64,000 bases of DNA from Azolla caroliniana (Eukaryota; Plantae; Polypodiophyta), in assembly GCA_043228905.1 (NCBI GenBank), contig JBHGNT010000017.1:2728001-2792000 (forward strand), written 5' to 3'. The position numbers and the translations under genes were made by a program. Position 1 is the first letter of the stretch, and the number at the start of each line of letters is the position of its first letter. Positions 11,801 through 21,521 of the stretch are shown here, in pieces. The notes under the pieces were generated by a model. The model searched no databases. It worked only from the letters and a program-made list of their open reading frames with translations, and had not been told where the DNA came from.

Positions 11801-12270
11801 TCTCCTCGTGGGCAACGGTCGACTGGAGGGACGAGATGAGCCGGGAGGAGTTGTTGGCCGCGCGTATACGACAGCTCGACCGGAGACCGGAGGACGTGGA
11901 ACTGGCTGCGGAGAGGCTCCGGGCGGCGAGGGCAAAGAACAAAGCCAGGTTCGACCGAACGCACCGGCTCCGACCGAAGAAGATCGAAGAAGGTGACTGG
12001 GTGCTCGTCTACGACAGCAGCCTCGACAACCAGCACCGAGTTACACGGAAGTTCGCACGAAGGTGGTTTGGGCCTTACACGGTACGGAGCGCCAATGGCA
12101 ACGGGACATACCACCTGGCGGAACTCGACGGCACGAGAATGGCGATACCGGTTGCAGGGAAGCGGATCAAAGCGTTCAGGAAGCGACACGACGACGAGCC
12201 CGACCCGGCTCTCCTAGTCGGCAGTGACGAACGATCCGAAAACGAGGAAGAACTGACGGGCGAGCAATGA
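8773..12270 (+). CDS. pol: Pol (RT-RNase H-integrase) of family W, -1 frame relative to ORF1
   Basis: ORF 8887..12270, open upstream to the slippery site; RT LPQG..FLDD, RNase H VDTS..KRELWGI, IN HHCC zinc finger and D-D-E residues, C-terminal WFGPY; no chromodomain. Confidence 0.93.
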   Translation, partial: GFLERAAKAWGRDSPDTPEKPHTCTIKPKKPCTVGREFLFSDSGACTIVGIGGREKAKAEGRLRACGVLGPDEEINGAVEAVSFDDTLGMLGRVVEEGLNEDRTIPVCSEEMYEVIADFGRGLESVRTAHVSTKYKTVDRKVRPVAAPLPEDSASRIKGVASDPSLRDPACIGHTFTDETLRELKIGGGGFLLPAEEDRFRRMLGRHGKAFAFSPEEIGCVDPTIVEPMVIFTVPHVPWNLKPIPVPRAHIPKLMELLRQKVDMGILEPSSAPYSNRWFTVPKKNGSLRFIQDLQPVNRVTIRNAGIGPTIDEFAEAFAGRSIYSVGDLYSGYDQFQLAVESRDITTMRTPLGLVRMCTLPQGGTNSVAHMVNAMNKVLRDCIPDITMPFLDDIPIKGCPVEERDETIGPDGCRRFVAAHIDDCEKVLQRLEDARLTFSGEKSAFRQSEIMVVGHLCGPYGRKPSPAKVEAISAMKPDCSSVTEVRRFLGACAFYHIWIPHYAHVAEPLYGLLKKGRRFEWLDEHAESVRKLKEALAAAPALRKAVYGKGTPVFITVDTSPTGIGWVVNQEDEDGNRFPIRFGAKVLSERQRGYAQVKRELWGIVSAVKADKDYLIGTEVIIETDCMPILGMVSGCATPDLAMLRWIAYIKSLDPVIRHISGKDNAMADMLSRARFDNEGGMVSEDEEVGVDFFETAYVTTDGTSTPALSDFDASKYDGEWLQIGGFLKTMTPDASWTKDEANRIRKKAYRFFLRDGHLWKHPKKRNGVPLRVVAMKEEQEELLAAYHDSPWAGHRGTWATFEKLKGKYWWPGLYRDVHRFVSTCESCQMHSIVRHRDGLRPTYPPTIHFKWMVDLVTMPMGVGQMRYLVLAREDLTNQVEGRALQNKTTAAVCRFLIEDVICRYGCVGKIVADRGELDAEEAAELFDRLGVKLSLTTAYNPEANGKVERGHGPIVKALVRACGGQVGNWPRLLPYALWADRTTHSSVTGYMPTELMFGQKPIMPMERTISSWATVDWRDEMSREELLAARIRQLDRRPEDVELAAERLRAARAKNKARFDRTHRLRPKKIEEGDWVLVYDSSLDNQHRVTRKFARRWFGPYTVRSANGNGTYHLAELDGTRMAIPVAGKRIKAFRKRHDDEPDPALLVGSDERSENEEELTGEQ

Positions 12271-12304
12271 AGACGGGCCGGTTTTCTCCGTCCCAACTCT
12301 CTTG

Positions 12305-12341
12305 GCGCATACCGGAGGATGCGCGGTTAGGTGGGGGCGGA
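12305..12341 (+). promoter_or_regulatory. Conserved hairpin (GCGCAT-N8-ATGCGC) and polypurine tract of family W
   Basis: aggtgggggcgga abuts the 3' LTR; the hairpin is retained, with compensatory changes, in other copies. Confidence 0.8.
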
Positions 12342-13151
12342 TGTCGTGAAGAAAACCGTCCCTAAGCGGAATCGGCGCACCAAGGCGTGGGAACCGGTTC
12401 TTCACGCGCGCACGCTCCAAGTTGTACATAGAAGCGAATTAGGAGGATAATCGGCAGGAACAGGCCCTAACTCAATTGGAGACAAAGTCCGCGCGAACAG
12501 TCTTTTCGGTCGCGCGCGCGAACTGTACGAGTCGGCGGCGTAACTACGCGGATGCGTGAAAAACGGAGCGGATCCCTGTCCAAAAGGGACAGGGAATAAA
12601 GCTGACATGACGGCCTGCTCGTCGGCCTATATAAGGAGCGGGAAAAAGCTGTTGCAGGGATCTCGCACGGAGAGGACGAAGTGCTGCCGAACCGATTTTG
12701 GAGCTTCTCTCTCACCCCTGCTTTCTCTGTCTTCTGCTCCACCGCGTACCTGTGCAGGTTTCGAGGAGGCTTGCGCTGTTCCGTGGAACGCCCCGAGCGC
12801 GTCCTGCAGCACCTCCGACCTGTTTCCCCTTTCTGTGCGTCAAAACATACAGGGGTCGGCATCTGTTCGCCGCCCTGTTCGTTTTCGTTAGTATCTATTT
12901 CGTGCCCCACCGTGGGTTGTAATACTTTAGTCTGTTATTTTTCTTGCATTCATAAGCACATATCTTTCGTTGTTGCGTCCATCTGCGTCGGCGTTTATTT
13001 GTGATCTCTGTTTGTTGGGCCGTGTCCCTATGCAATCTTCGGTTCTGTGCAATCGGGTCTCTCGCTCTTACTCCTCTCTCTCTTGCTCTTCGGTCCAAGA
13101 CCCCCGTGGTCCCTCCTCCTTTCAGCACGCAAGGGCGTAGCAACCCCGACA
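12342..13151 (+). repeat. 3' LTR of the intact family W element
   Basis: Direct repeat of 5803-6612. Confidence 0.95.
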
Positions 13152-13171
13152 GCGTAACAACGCGACAACGC

Positions 13172-14996
13172 GTTCTTGAATCGTCCGATTCATGCGTTCT
13201 GCGATTCCGTTCTACTTCGGACTATATGGTGCCGTATATTCACGTCTAATGCCGGGTTCTCGGCAAAATTTGACGAATTCATCAGATTTGAACTCACCTC
13301 CATTGTCGGTTCGGAGACACTTCAGGTTTTGACCGGTCTGGTTTTCGACCATTGCGATCCAATCTGAGAAGATCGAGAACACCCAATCTTTGGTTCTGAT
13401 GGGGTAAGCCCACACCTTCCGAGTCGAGTCGTCAATGAAACTGACGAAGTACGAGGCACCACCGAGTGACTGATGTGGCATCGGGCCACAGATGTCTGAG
13501 TGGACCAAATCGAGCGGGCTCGACTCTCTTGGTGTTGATGTCGGGTGTGATGCGGCTACCTGTTTGCCGTACTGGCAATGCTCGCAAAACTGATGGTCCG
13601 AGAAGGAGAGTTTCGGGATGTATCCGACTCTGGATAGGTGCGTGATGCCGGCCTTTCTGAGGTGTCCAAGTCGTCCATGCCATAAGGATGACACATGGAT
13701 ATCTACTAGAAATAAGTCACCCTCTCTGAGTGTGACATACAAAGGGTACAATGAGTGTACCTTTGGTCCTCTAGCAAGCAAGAGGTTCCCTTTGTGGAGT
13801 GTCCACCCCCTTGATGAGAAACTAGCACGGATGCCAGCTTCATCAAGTTGTCCGACGGAGATCAAGGGTCGTGAGAGCTCAAGAACGTGTCGGACGTCGT
13901 GTAGTACGAGTGTAGAGCCACCCGGAAGGTTGAGCTCTACGGTGCCGATTCCGATGATAGCATAGTGGTGCGAATTTCCGACTCGAACTGAGTCGGAGTG
14001 CCGGTCCGAATATTGCCGAAACTGTGATCGGTGAGGTGTCACGTGATACGACGCGCCCGAGTCCAGAAGCCATGTGCTCGATTCCTCAGTTGTAAGCAAA
14101 TCTTTTGATTCGACTGGATTCTCTATGGACAATATGTTCGGGTCGGTCGTCAATATCTTGGCTGAAGAGCCGACGTAGTTGACTTCCTCATGCCGGTTAC
14201 TCCTCTGATAAACTCTCTGAGCTTTGTCTGTCTTTGACTTGAGCACCCGACAGTCGGCCTTGATGTGTCCTGGTTTCTTGCAGTAGTTGCAGATTTGGGT
14301 TTCCCGGGACTTGCTGCGGCTTCGCTGATTTGTCGGCGGTCGGGAAGAACTTCTTCCCCGGTTGTTCGATCGGTCGGTCGAACCTTGTACTACATAGGCT
14401 TCTTCTGCCGAGTCTTTGGTGAAAGACTTTCTCCGAGCTGCTTCAGTCAGGATTGCACTTGTGACTTCGGAGTACTTGATGGCAGTCGTAGAAGCGTTGC
14501 ACACAGTTGTAACGAAGGTTTCCCAAGAGGAGGGGAGATTGCTCATGAGTATCATTGCTCTGAGTTCATCCTCAATTGTCGTCCCCTGTGACGAGATTTG
14601 GGAGCTCAAACTTTCGTACTCGTTAAGGTGTGCCTGAACCGAATCGGAGTCTTTCATCCGCAAGTTGTAGAGGCGCCGAATCAAATCCATCTTTGTTGAG
14701 GCGACCTTCTTTTTGTAGGTTTTCGACAGCTTCTTCCAAAGTTCGAAGGCTGTCGTGCACGATTGCACTGTGAAGTACACTGACTCCGACAGGTGCATCC
14801 GAATCGTGGCGCGGACGATTCTGTCCAACTTTTGCCACTCATTTGCCTTGTATATTTCTGGAGCAGTTTCATTCTCAATCGGATCGATCTGACCCTTGAC
14901 TATAAGATAGTCCTGCATTTGCTCCTTCCAAAAATTGAAGTTCGAACCGTCGAACCTCCTTAGACTCATTTCCGATGAGCCGGATGTTGATGCCAT
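13172..14996 (-). pseudogene. Gag-protease-integrase N-terminal part of the copia at 2325-16018
   Basis: ORF 13212..14996: CNYCKKPGHIKADC knuckle, WLLDSGAS protease, WHGRLGH and CEHC, RTDNGGEF; premature stop near 13212. Confidence 0.92.
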
Positions 14997-17919
14997 CAGA
15001 TTCGGTTTCGGTTGACGAAGCTCGGTTCGGAGTTGACTACGAACCTTGTTGGAGTGCAGCCGGTCGGCTCACCCGGTATCGTTCTAGTCGGATTTGAACC
15101 CGAGTCGGTTTGGTTTCGGATATATGTATTGTTGAACTTGCTCGAATTGACTACGGTAACTTGAGGGACAGAGCCGACTGGTCTTCTCGAATGTTGCCGA
15201 GTCGGAGTGAGCCCGGTTTGCTTCCGAATATGTAAGCCAAATACCGATTATTGAAACTGATTTTCTGGACCGATTCTGCTTCGGGTGACTGCAGCGATGA
15301 GAGAGACGGATCCAATTGATCCTCCCGAATGTCGATCAGTCGGATGAAGCATGAATTGGGGTTGTTGTCTTGAGACCGATCTACACCGAGTGGTTACAAC
15401 GGGCAACGAGCAACGTTCGGTGACTTGTTCGGATGCCGTTTAATCGAGTGGAGCACGAACGTGTCAATGTTGCACAAGGGGATTTCACCTCGAGCGGTTA
15501 CGATCACGAGGAACAGAGTACAGCCGGCTGGCTTACTCCAAGCGAAGATGATCTAACGCGATGAGATGCAAGCCTCGTTTTTCTTCTTCTTTGTTTCTTC
15601 AAATACAAAACAAAAAAAATAGAATGTTGTGATCCAAAGATTCGAATGGCGGCCGACAGCGGGATGAAGGACATCCAAGCTCTGATACCAAATGTAGGAA
15701 ATGGACAAGGCCGTCAGTGTGGAAGAGATCACAACATTTTGAATCAATGAGAAAATAAATTACCTGCGTATGAGAGAAGGAAGAACAGAATACATAGATT
15801 AAGAGAGAGAGAGAGAGAGGCACAAAGAATATGTCTATATTCATGAAAGGGCAACCGTTACAACAATGAACAACCAACCTTTACAAAAGGTTACAAGGTC
15901 ACTTTATATAGTGACTCACTTAGGGCAACAGCCCTTTATGTTATTTACAGAAATAGCCCAAACTTGGGCTCTCTAAGAGGATAGTGTGAATACGTCCATT
16001 ATACATTTGTATTCGACAGGCGGGCATGTGCGCGACACCAACTCTTATGCACAGGAAGCAAGGGGTTGTGCTCCCAACATCACCAAATATACCAACACGC
16101 ACAAACAGATATGAGTATGTATATTACAAGTGAAATAATACAACCCTGGCTTCGAGCCGGATCAAGGTAGGTTATAGCCGTAGTCGGCTGCCAAGCCGCC
16201 GGTCGGGGGAGCTCACGGGCTCGTCGCGCCGAGCGGGGTCTTGCATAGGAGACCGAGCAGAAGCAAACCCTAAACAAAACACAAACTCTCCACCCTCATG
16301 ACGAGGACGAGGAAAAAGAAGAAGAAAAGAAACTACCAAGTTAAAGCCTGCCTAACCTTAATCTAACGGTATACCGCTTAACACGAAATGGGCAACCCCT
16401 TCACAAAGGGTGCTCCCTTCCTTTTATAGAACAAGGAGAGGGATGCGTAACAATGTGGGATAAATCCCATATTACATGGGATCCTATGCCCCAAATTAAC
16501 TACTGTCTGGCGCCATGATGGCGCCCCTATCATTTACACGATTTGTACAAGGGTGAGTGCAGATGCTCCACCCCGCCGATTCTTCCAATATTCTCCGATT
16601 TCTCACTGTGGCCCGAAATCTTCACGACATCCGCCCCCACCAAATTGGACGTCCACTGGTACGTGCCAAATCTGGAGAAAGGTGAAAGATTCGGGCTGGT
16701 GAGAAATTGGTCCTCCGTGACTTGCATCTCGGCTTGCCGTGTCGACCGTAGCCGGTTTGAACTGTCGGCTCCGGTTCATCCTTCGCGCTTGCTTCTCTGT
16801 AGGCTCGTTTGACCCGTCAATAGGTCATCCGCCGCAATCCCGTAGTACGCGTGCCTTGCTTTGGCCCTCAATGGCCACACTCACACCTTCCGTTTTGCTT
16901 TCGGGTGTGCCCTTTCCGGCTCGGCACACCGCTCCTTAACCGGGTGTCCCCGACAGCTTACCGGAAGATCACCCTTGCCGTGTCCTGGCCCGCATGGCCT
17001 CCTTCGTTCACGTAACGCCTCGGCTGGTCGGTGCCTCTGCTATTGCTGCTTTCGTCCCCTTGCCGCCACCTTCCATTGCCCTCGATCTCACGCTGCCACA
17101 TCGGCTAAACAACCGGGGTCTCCGGGCAGGTGTGAAGGATCCTTCTCAAGCCTCCGTTTGTTGCGTCACCGACTCATGTACCAAGCGCGTCCGATCTTTG
17201 TCTTGCCGACTCTACCGGTCGGGTCCGTATCTGGTTCTTGGCCACCTCGCTGGCCTGATACCTCCTTGCCGCTCTGCTTTCCATCGTCCGATCACGTTCT
17301 CCTGCCGCCACCATCCTTCTCTCTAGGTCACACGCCGACTCTTGTTGCCGATCGCCAGAGTCTCTGGATCGGTGTGAGTGTCTTCGTGGGACCTCCCCCT
17401 TGCCGTCTTGGTTGCCCGCCTTGCCGCCGCCACCGTTCTTCTCTCTAGGTTTCACACCGGCTCTTGGGCCGACCGCCGGAGTGTCTAGAACTGATGCGTG
17501 TAAGGCTGCAGTTGCACTGCTTGCCGTCTTCCCGACCTCCACATCGGCTGGTCTCGTTCACCTGGCACCACCGATCTCTCCTATAGGACTCACGCCGGCA
17601 CTCAGGCCGACCGCCATATCGGTGTGAGGATCTCCGTAGACCGCCCATCCGCAGTCCTTTGCCTTCGTCCGCTTGCCACCACCGTTCGTCACTCTAGGTC
17701 TCACGCCAGCTCTCGGGCCGACCATCAGAGTCTCTAGAACCAATGTGAAGGATCCTCCTTGGGCTCATTGTATCCCTGACCCTTATCTCGGGTCTTCCTT
17801 CTTTGCAAGTCGAGAGGGTGGCTCGCTCCACACCCTCTCCCGTGGTACTACCGTACCGTTGTCGCGTTGTTACGCGCGTGCGTGTAGAAAGAGGCGGGAC
17901 CACGGGGGCCTGGAACCGA

Positions 17920-17970
<51 letters not shown>

Positions 17971-18193
17971 AAGAGAAGTCTTGCAGATACGCAACAGGGA
18001 GAAGGAAAGAGAAACAAACGACACACTTAATTACAGTAACAGTAGATTACAATATTCAGAGATTGCAAACTCTGACGATTACAACCGGCAAGGCGGCGAT
18101 GGACCCGACACGTGGATCCTACTCACGCACACAGACAGGACACACTCGACTCAAAGAAACAAAAAGGGGAGAGCCTCTGTTGGAAGCGCACGG

Positions 18194-18873
18194 TGTCGCG
18201 TTGTTACGCGCGTGCGTGGAGAACAAGGCGGGACCACTGGGGTCTTGGACCGAGGAATAGGTGAGAAAAGGGAGAGAGAGAGAGATACGCTCACACACGT
18301 ATAGACAAAGAAGCGCACGGGGACGTGGCCTAACAACACAGGAGACACGAGTTGAGCAGGAGATAGAGTATAAGAACACTAGTGTATGTATTTGTATGTA
18401 TGCAGACGACTCGAACGGTTACAGCCGATCAGGTCGGCGAGATGGATGCCGACGCTTGATCACCCACGCACACAGGGGAGCAAGATGGAGATTCTGCCGG
18501 AAGCACACGAGCATTCCACTGAGTAGAATCAGCCTCTCAAGAACCTGCGCAAAAGAAAGCTATGGAGAACGACAGAGAAGAGCTCGGTCCCAGTCCGACA
18601 ACACTTCCTCCCCTCTAGCGCGCGTTTCTTCTCTCCCCATCTCCCTCTCTTTTATAGCTCAAGGAGGGAGGCCGTTTCACCCGTTTACATCACATTAATA
18701 CTCTGTCCTTTCGGACAGAGATACTCCTCGATTCTCCCTATAGAATATTGCTACCTAGGATTCGACTTTTGTGCCTACCTATCTACTATACAACAAGGGG
18801 CGTGCCCACGTGTAAGGGCCGGTTCACGCACGCTATACACGGTTTGCACCTGGGGACGATTTTCTTCACGACA
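18194..18873 (-). repeat. Family W solo LTR inside the LTR at 17860, 4-bp TSD ACGG
   Basis: ACGG at 18190-18193 and 18874-18877; the empty site (gcgcacgggctg) is visible in the sister LTR at ~28615-28626. Confidence 0.92.
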
Positions 18874-20589
18874 ACGGGCTGTCCACGAAGTAGAGGCAAC
18901 GAACTCCTGACCCCACGGAGACCGACTATCGGAGGAGAAGAGAGAGCTCGCCACTCAGTTCTACAGTAGCACTTCCTCCTCGCCAACACGCGATCCCGTT
19001 CCTTCCTTCTCCCCCTCCCTAAATAGTTCCCCCCGAAAGGGGGTGCCCCTTTTCTCCCTAGTCAAAACCGCTTTATTCCCTATCCCTTTCGACAGAGATA
19101 CGCACAAAATCCCCTAATAAATGTGCACTACCTAGTATTTACATTAGTAGACATAATTATGAATTATGTACAAAATATAAATTCACACGTCCATCCGTGG
19201 TTCATGCGCCTTTTTCTCCGATTCCGCCTATGGCCAGTTTTCTTCACGACATCCACCCCCACCAAACCGTGCATCCACCGGCATGCGCCAGAGATGGGTA
19301 GATACCAAAGAAAACCGGCTTCACTCGTCACTCTCTGATTCTCCGCCGGGCCCGAATTGATCATCGTCGTTGCTCTCGCTCGCAGGCTCCGGCTCGTCTT
19401 CGAAGCGCTTCTTGAATGCTTTGATCCGCTTCCCGGCAACCGGCACCGCTAACCATGTCTCGTCGAGTTCCGCGAGGTGGTACGTGCCGTTGTCGTTCGT
19501 GCTCGTCACCGTGTAGGGCCCGAACCACCTCCTAGCAAACTTTCGCACCACCTTGTGCTGATTGTCGAGGCTGCTGTCGTATACCAAGACCCAGTCGCCT
19601 TCCTCGATCTTCTTTGGTCGCAACCGGTGCTTCCGGTTGAACCGGGTCTTGTTCTGCTCCCTTGCCGCCCGTAGCTTTTCCTTCGCCCGTTTCATGTCCT
19701 CCGGCCTCCGCTCGAGTTGCCGAATCCGCGCCACCAGCAACTCCTCCTGGCTCATCTCGTCCTTCCAATCTACCGCCGCCCATGAAGAAACCGTCCATTC
19801 CACCGGCATGATCGGCTTCTGTCCGTACATCAGCTCCGCCGACATAAACCCTGTCACCGAACTGTGCGTAGTTCGGTCCGCCCATAGTGCGTAAGGAACG
19901 AGCCACTGCCAATTCTCGACCTGCCCTCTGCATGCATGCACCAACGCCTTCACAATCGGCCCGTGCCCACATTCTACTTTCCCGTTCGCCTACGGATTGT
20001 ACGCCGTAGTGAGGGAGAGTTTGACCCCTAGTCGGTCGAACAACTCCTCAGCTTCCCGCGCATCCAGCTCTCCCCGGTCCGCCACGATCCTCTCGACGCA
20101 CCCATACCGACACACTACCTCTTCGATCAGGAACCGGCATACCGCCGCGGTTGTCTTGTTCTGTAGTGCACGACCTTTCCTCATCGTTACGTTAGCCGAC
20201 CCGAAGAAGTCCTCGCCGACTTCTTTGTCATCCGAAACAATGCCGTCTTCGTCGTTGAACCTCGCTCTCGAAAGCATGTCAGCCATGGCGTTATCTTTTC
20301 TGGAGATGTGCCATATCTCCGAGTTCAGGGACTTAATGTACGCTATCCACCGGAGCATTGCTAGGTCCGGCATCGCGCATTCGGAAACCATGCTGAGTAT
20401 CGGCAGGCAGTTTGTCTCGATGATCACCTCCGTCCCGATCAGGTACAACAACTCGAAGCAGCGTTGCAACAACAAGGATCAAGTCCCCAAGGATTTCATA
20501 AAGAGCCCAAGATTGGACTTCCTGTGAAATTTGATGGAACGTGATCGCAATTCCGGGGATTCCTTAATCAGGTACGCTTAGTCATCCAG

Positions 20590-21429
20590 ATGCATCCTTC
20601 CCGATATCCCACTGATGCATCTCGAGTTGGACTAATAGGCACGTTACTTAGCGGCTCAGCCTTGGCATGGTTCGCTCCACTTCTAGAAAAACAATCCCCC
20701 TTGCTTAATAACTTTGAAGATTTTATTGGTGAGTTTAAAGCCTGCTTTGGAGATACCGATAGCATCAGGAAGGCGATCAACAAGATCCAAAGATTGCGTC
20801 AAGGCGATCGTCCGGTCTCTGCCTACGCGGCGGATTTCCGTCTACTCGCCTCAGATATTCCCTGGGATGATCAGGCCCTCATGGAGCAATTTCGCTACGG
20901 CTTGCGCAATGATGTCAAAGATCTGCTTTTAACCTTCCCCGAAGAACCAAAGTCTCTCACAGAGGCAATCAGTCGAGCGGTCCGATGCGACAACCGCCTT
21001 TTCGAACGACGTTCGGAGCGTCAGTTACAAATACCATGCTCTCGGCCGGAACCCACATACGCCTCAGTCACGGCTAAACCATTTGCACACGATGTACCTG
21101 AAGCCAATATTCCGACACCGATGGATATCGACACCATGCGTCGATGCGGCCCGTTATCGGAAGAAGAAAAGCAACGACGACATGCCAATCGATTATGTCT
21201 TTATTGCGGTGGACCAAGGCATATCGCCATCAATTGTCCCCATAGGCCAAGAAGACAGGTAAATCAAATCGTCGCTTGTACTAAACCCGCGTCAATTCTT
21301 CCCTTCGGAGTGTCTGATAGTATTAATAGTACTAATAGAGTGTCAGATAGTATTCATAGTACTAATAGCCCAAGTATCTCAAACAAATTTGAAATCCTTA
21401 GTCAATTAGATGAAGAGTTAAACGATTGA
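20590..21429 (+). pseudogene. gag: Chromovirus Gag, N-terminus broken by a stop
   Basis: Ty3/PEG10-like capsid (LSGSALAWF, LRQG, F..GL) and CCHC knuckle; G TTA AAC slippery site at 21417-21423 followed by the stem gtccagccaaa/tttggttggac. Confidence 0.88.
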
Positions 21430-21521
21430 GTCCAGCCAAAATAGGAGCCGTTTGGTTGGACAACAACCCTAGATCTGTACAACCCATTAGTGGTTCCATT
21501 CCTTCCAAGTAAGTTAGCAAT

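Larger units (their letters stand above)
5803..13151 (+). mobile_element. Intact, young Ty3/gypsy LTR retrotransposon without a chromodomain (family W)
   Basis: 810-bp LTRs with about 3 visible differences; 4-bp TSD GCGT (5799-5802 and 13152-13155); PBS, PPT and two uninterrupted ORFs. Confidence 0.96.
5046..13167 (+). repeat. Family W solo LTR (5046-5802 and 13156-13167) inserted in the copia integrase, 4-bp TSD ACGC
   Basis: Starts TGTCGTGAAG and ends aacaacgcgaCA; ACGC at 5042-5045 and 13168-13171; the copia frame is restored on removal. Confidence 0.9.
2325..16018 (-). mobile_element. Full-length but interrupted Ty1/copia LTR retrotransposon
   Basis: LTRs 2325-2652 and 15693-16018 (TG..CA, a few percent divergent); tRNA-iMet PBS (reverse complement of tggtatcagagc) at 15679-15690; PPT at 2653-2661; gag-pro-int-RT-RH order; flanks tgagg/ggcgg do not match perfectly. 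Confidence 0.92.
2167..16629 (-). repeat. 3' LTR of a non-autonomous family W element, split by the copia at 2325-16018 (pieces 2167-2324 and 16019-16629)
   Basis: Left end is the reverse complement of the family W U5 terminus; 16019-16629 is homologous to the reverse complement of the LTR at 5046-5760 and ends ttcacgaca, followed by the reversed PPT tccgcccccacc. Confidence 0.8.

Noticed and set aside
6800-12300. Many overlapping and antisense ORFs of 60-311 aa
   Set aside because: Shadow frames of GC-rich gag/pol with no recognisable domains, and apparently not conserved as ORFs in sister copies
2320-16023. TSD for the copia at 2325-16018
   Set aside because: TGAGG versus GGCGG matches only 3 of 5 bases, so it is not claimed, although both flanks belong to the same host LTR
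17300-17760. Repeat-and-spacer appearance suggestive of a CRISPR array
   Set aside because: The repeats are long and degenerate, the linkers are partly homologous, there are no cas genes, and the context is a eukaryotic retroelement
17925-17970. (GA)n microsatellites (also at 2285 and 28365)
   Set aside because: Ordinary LTR-borne simple repeats
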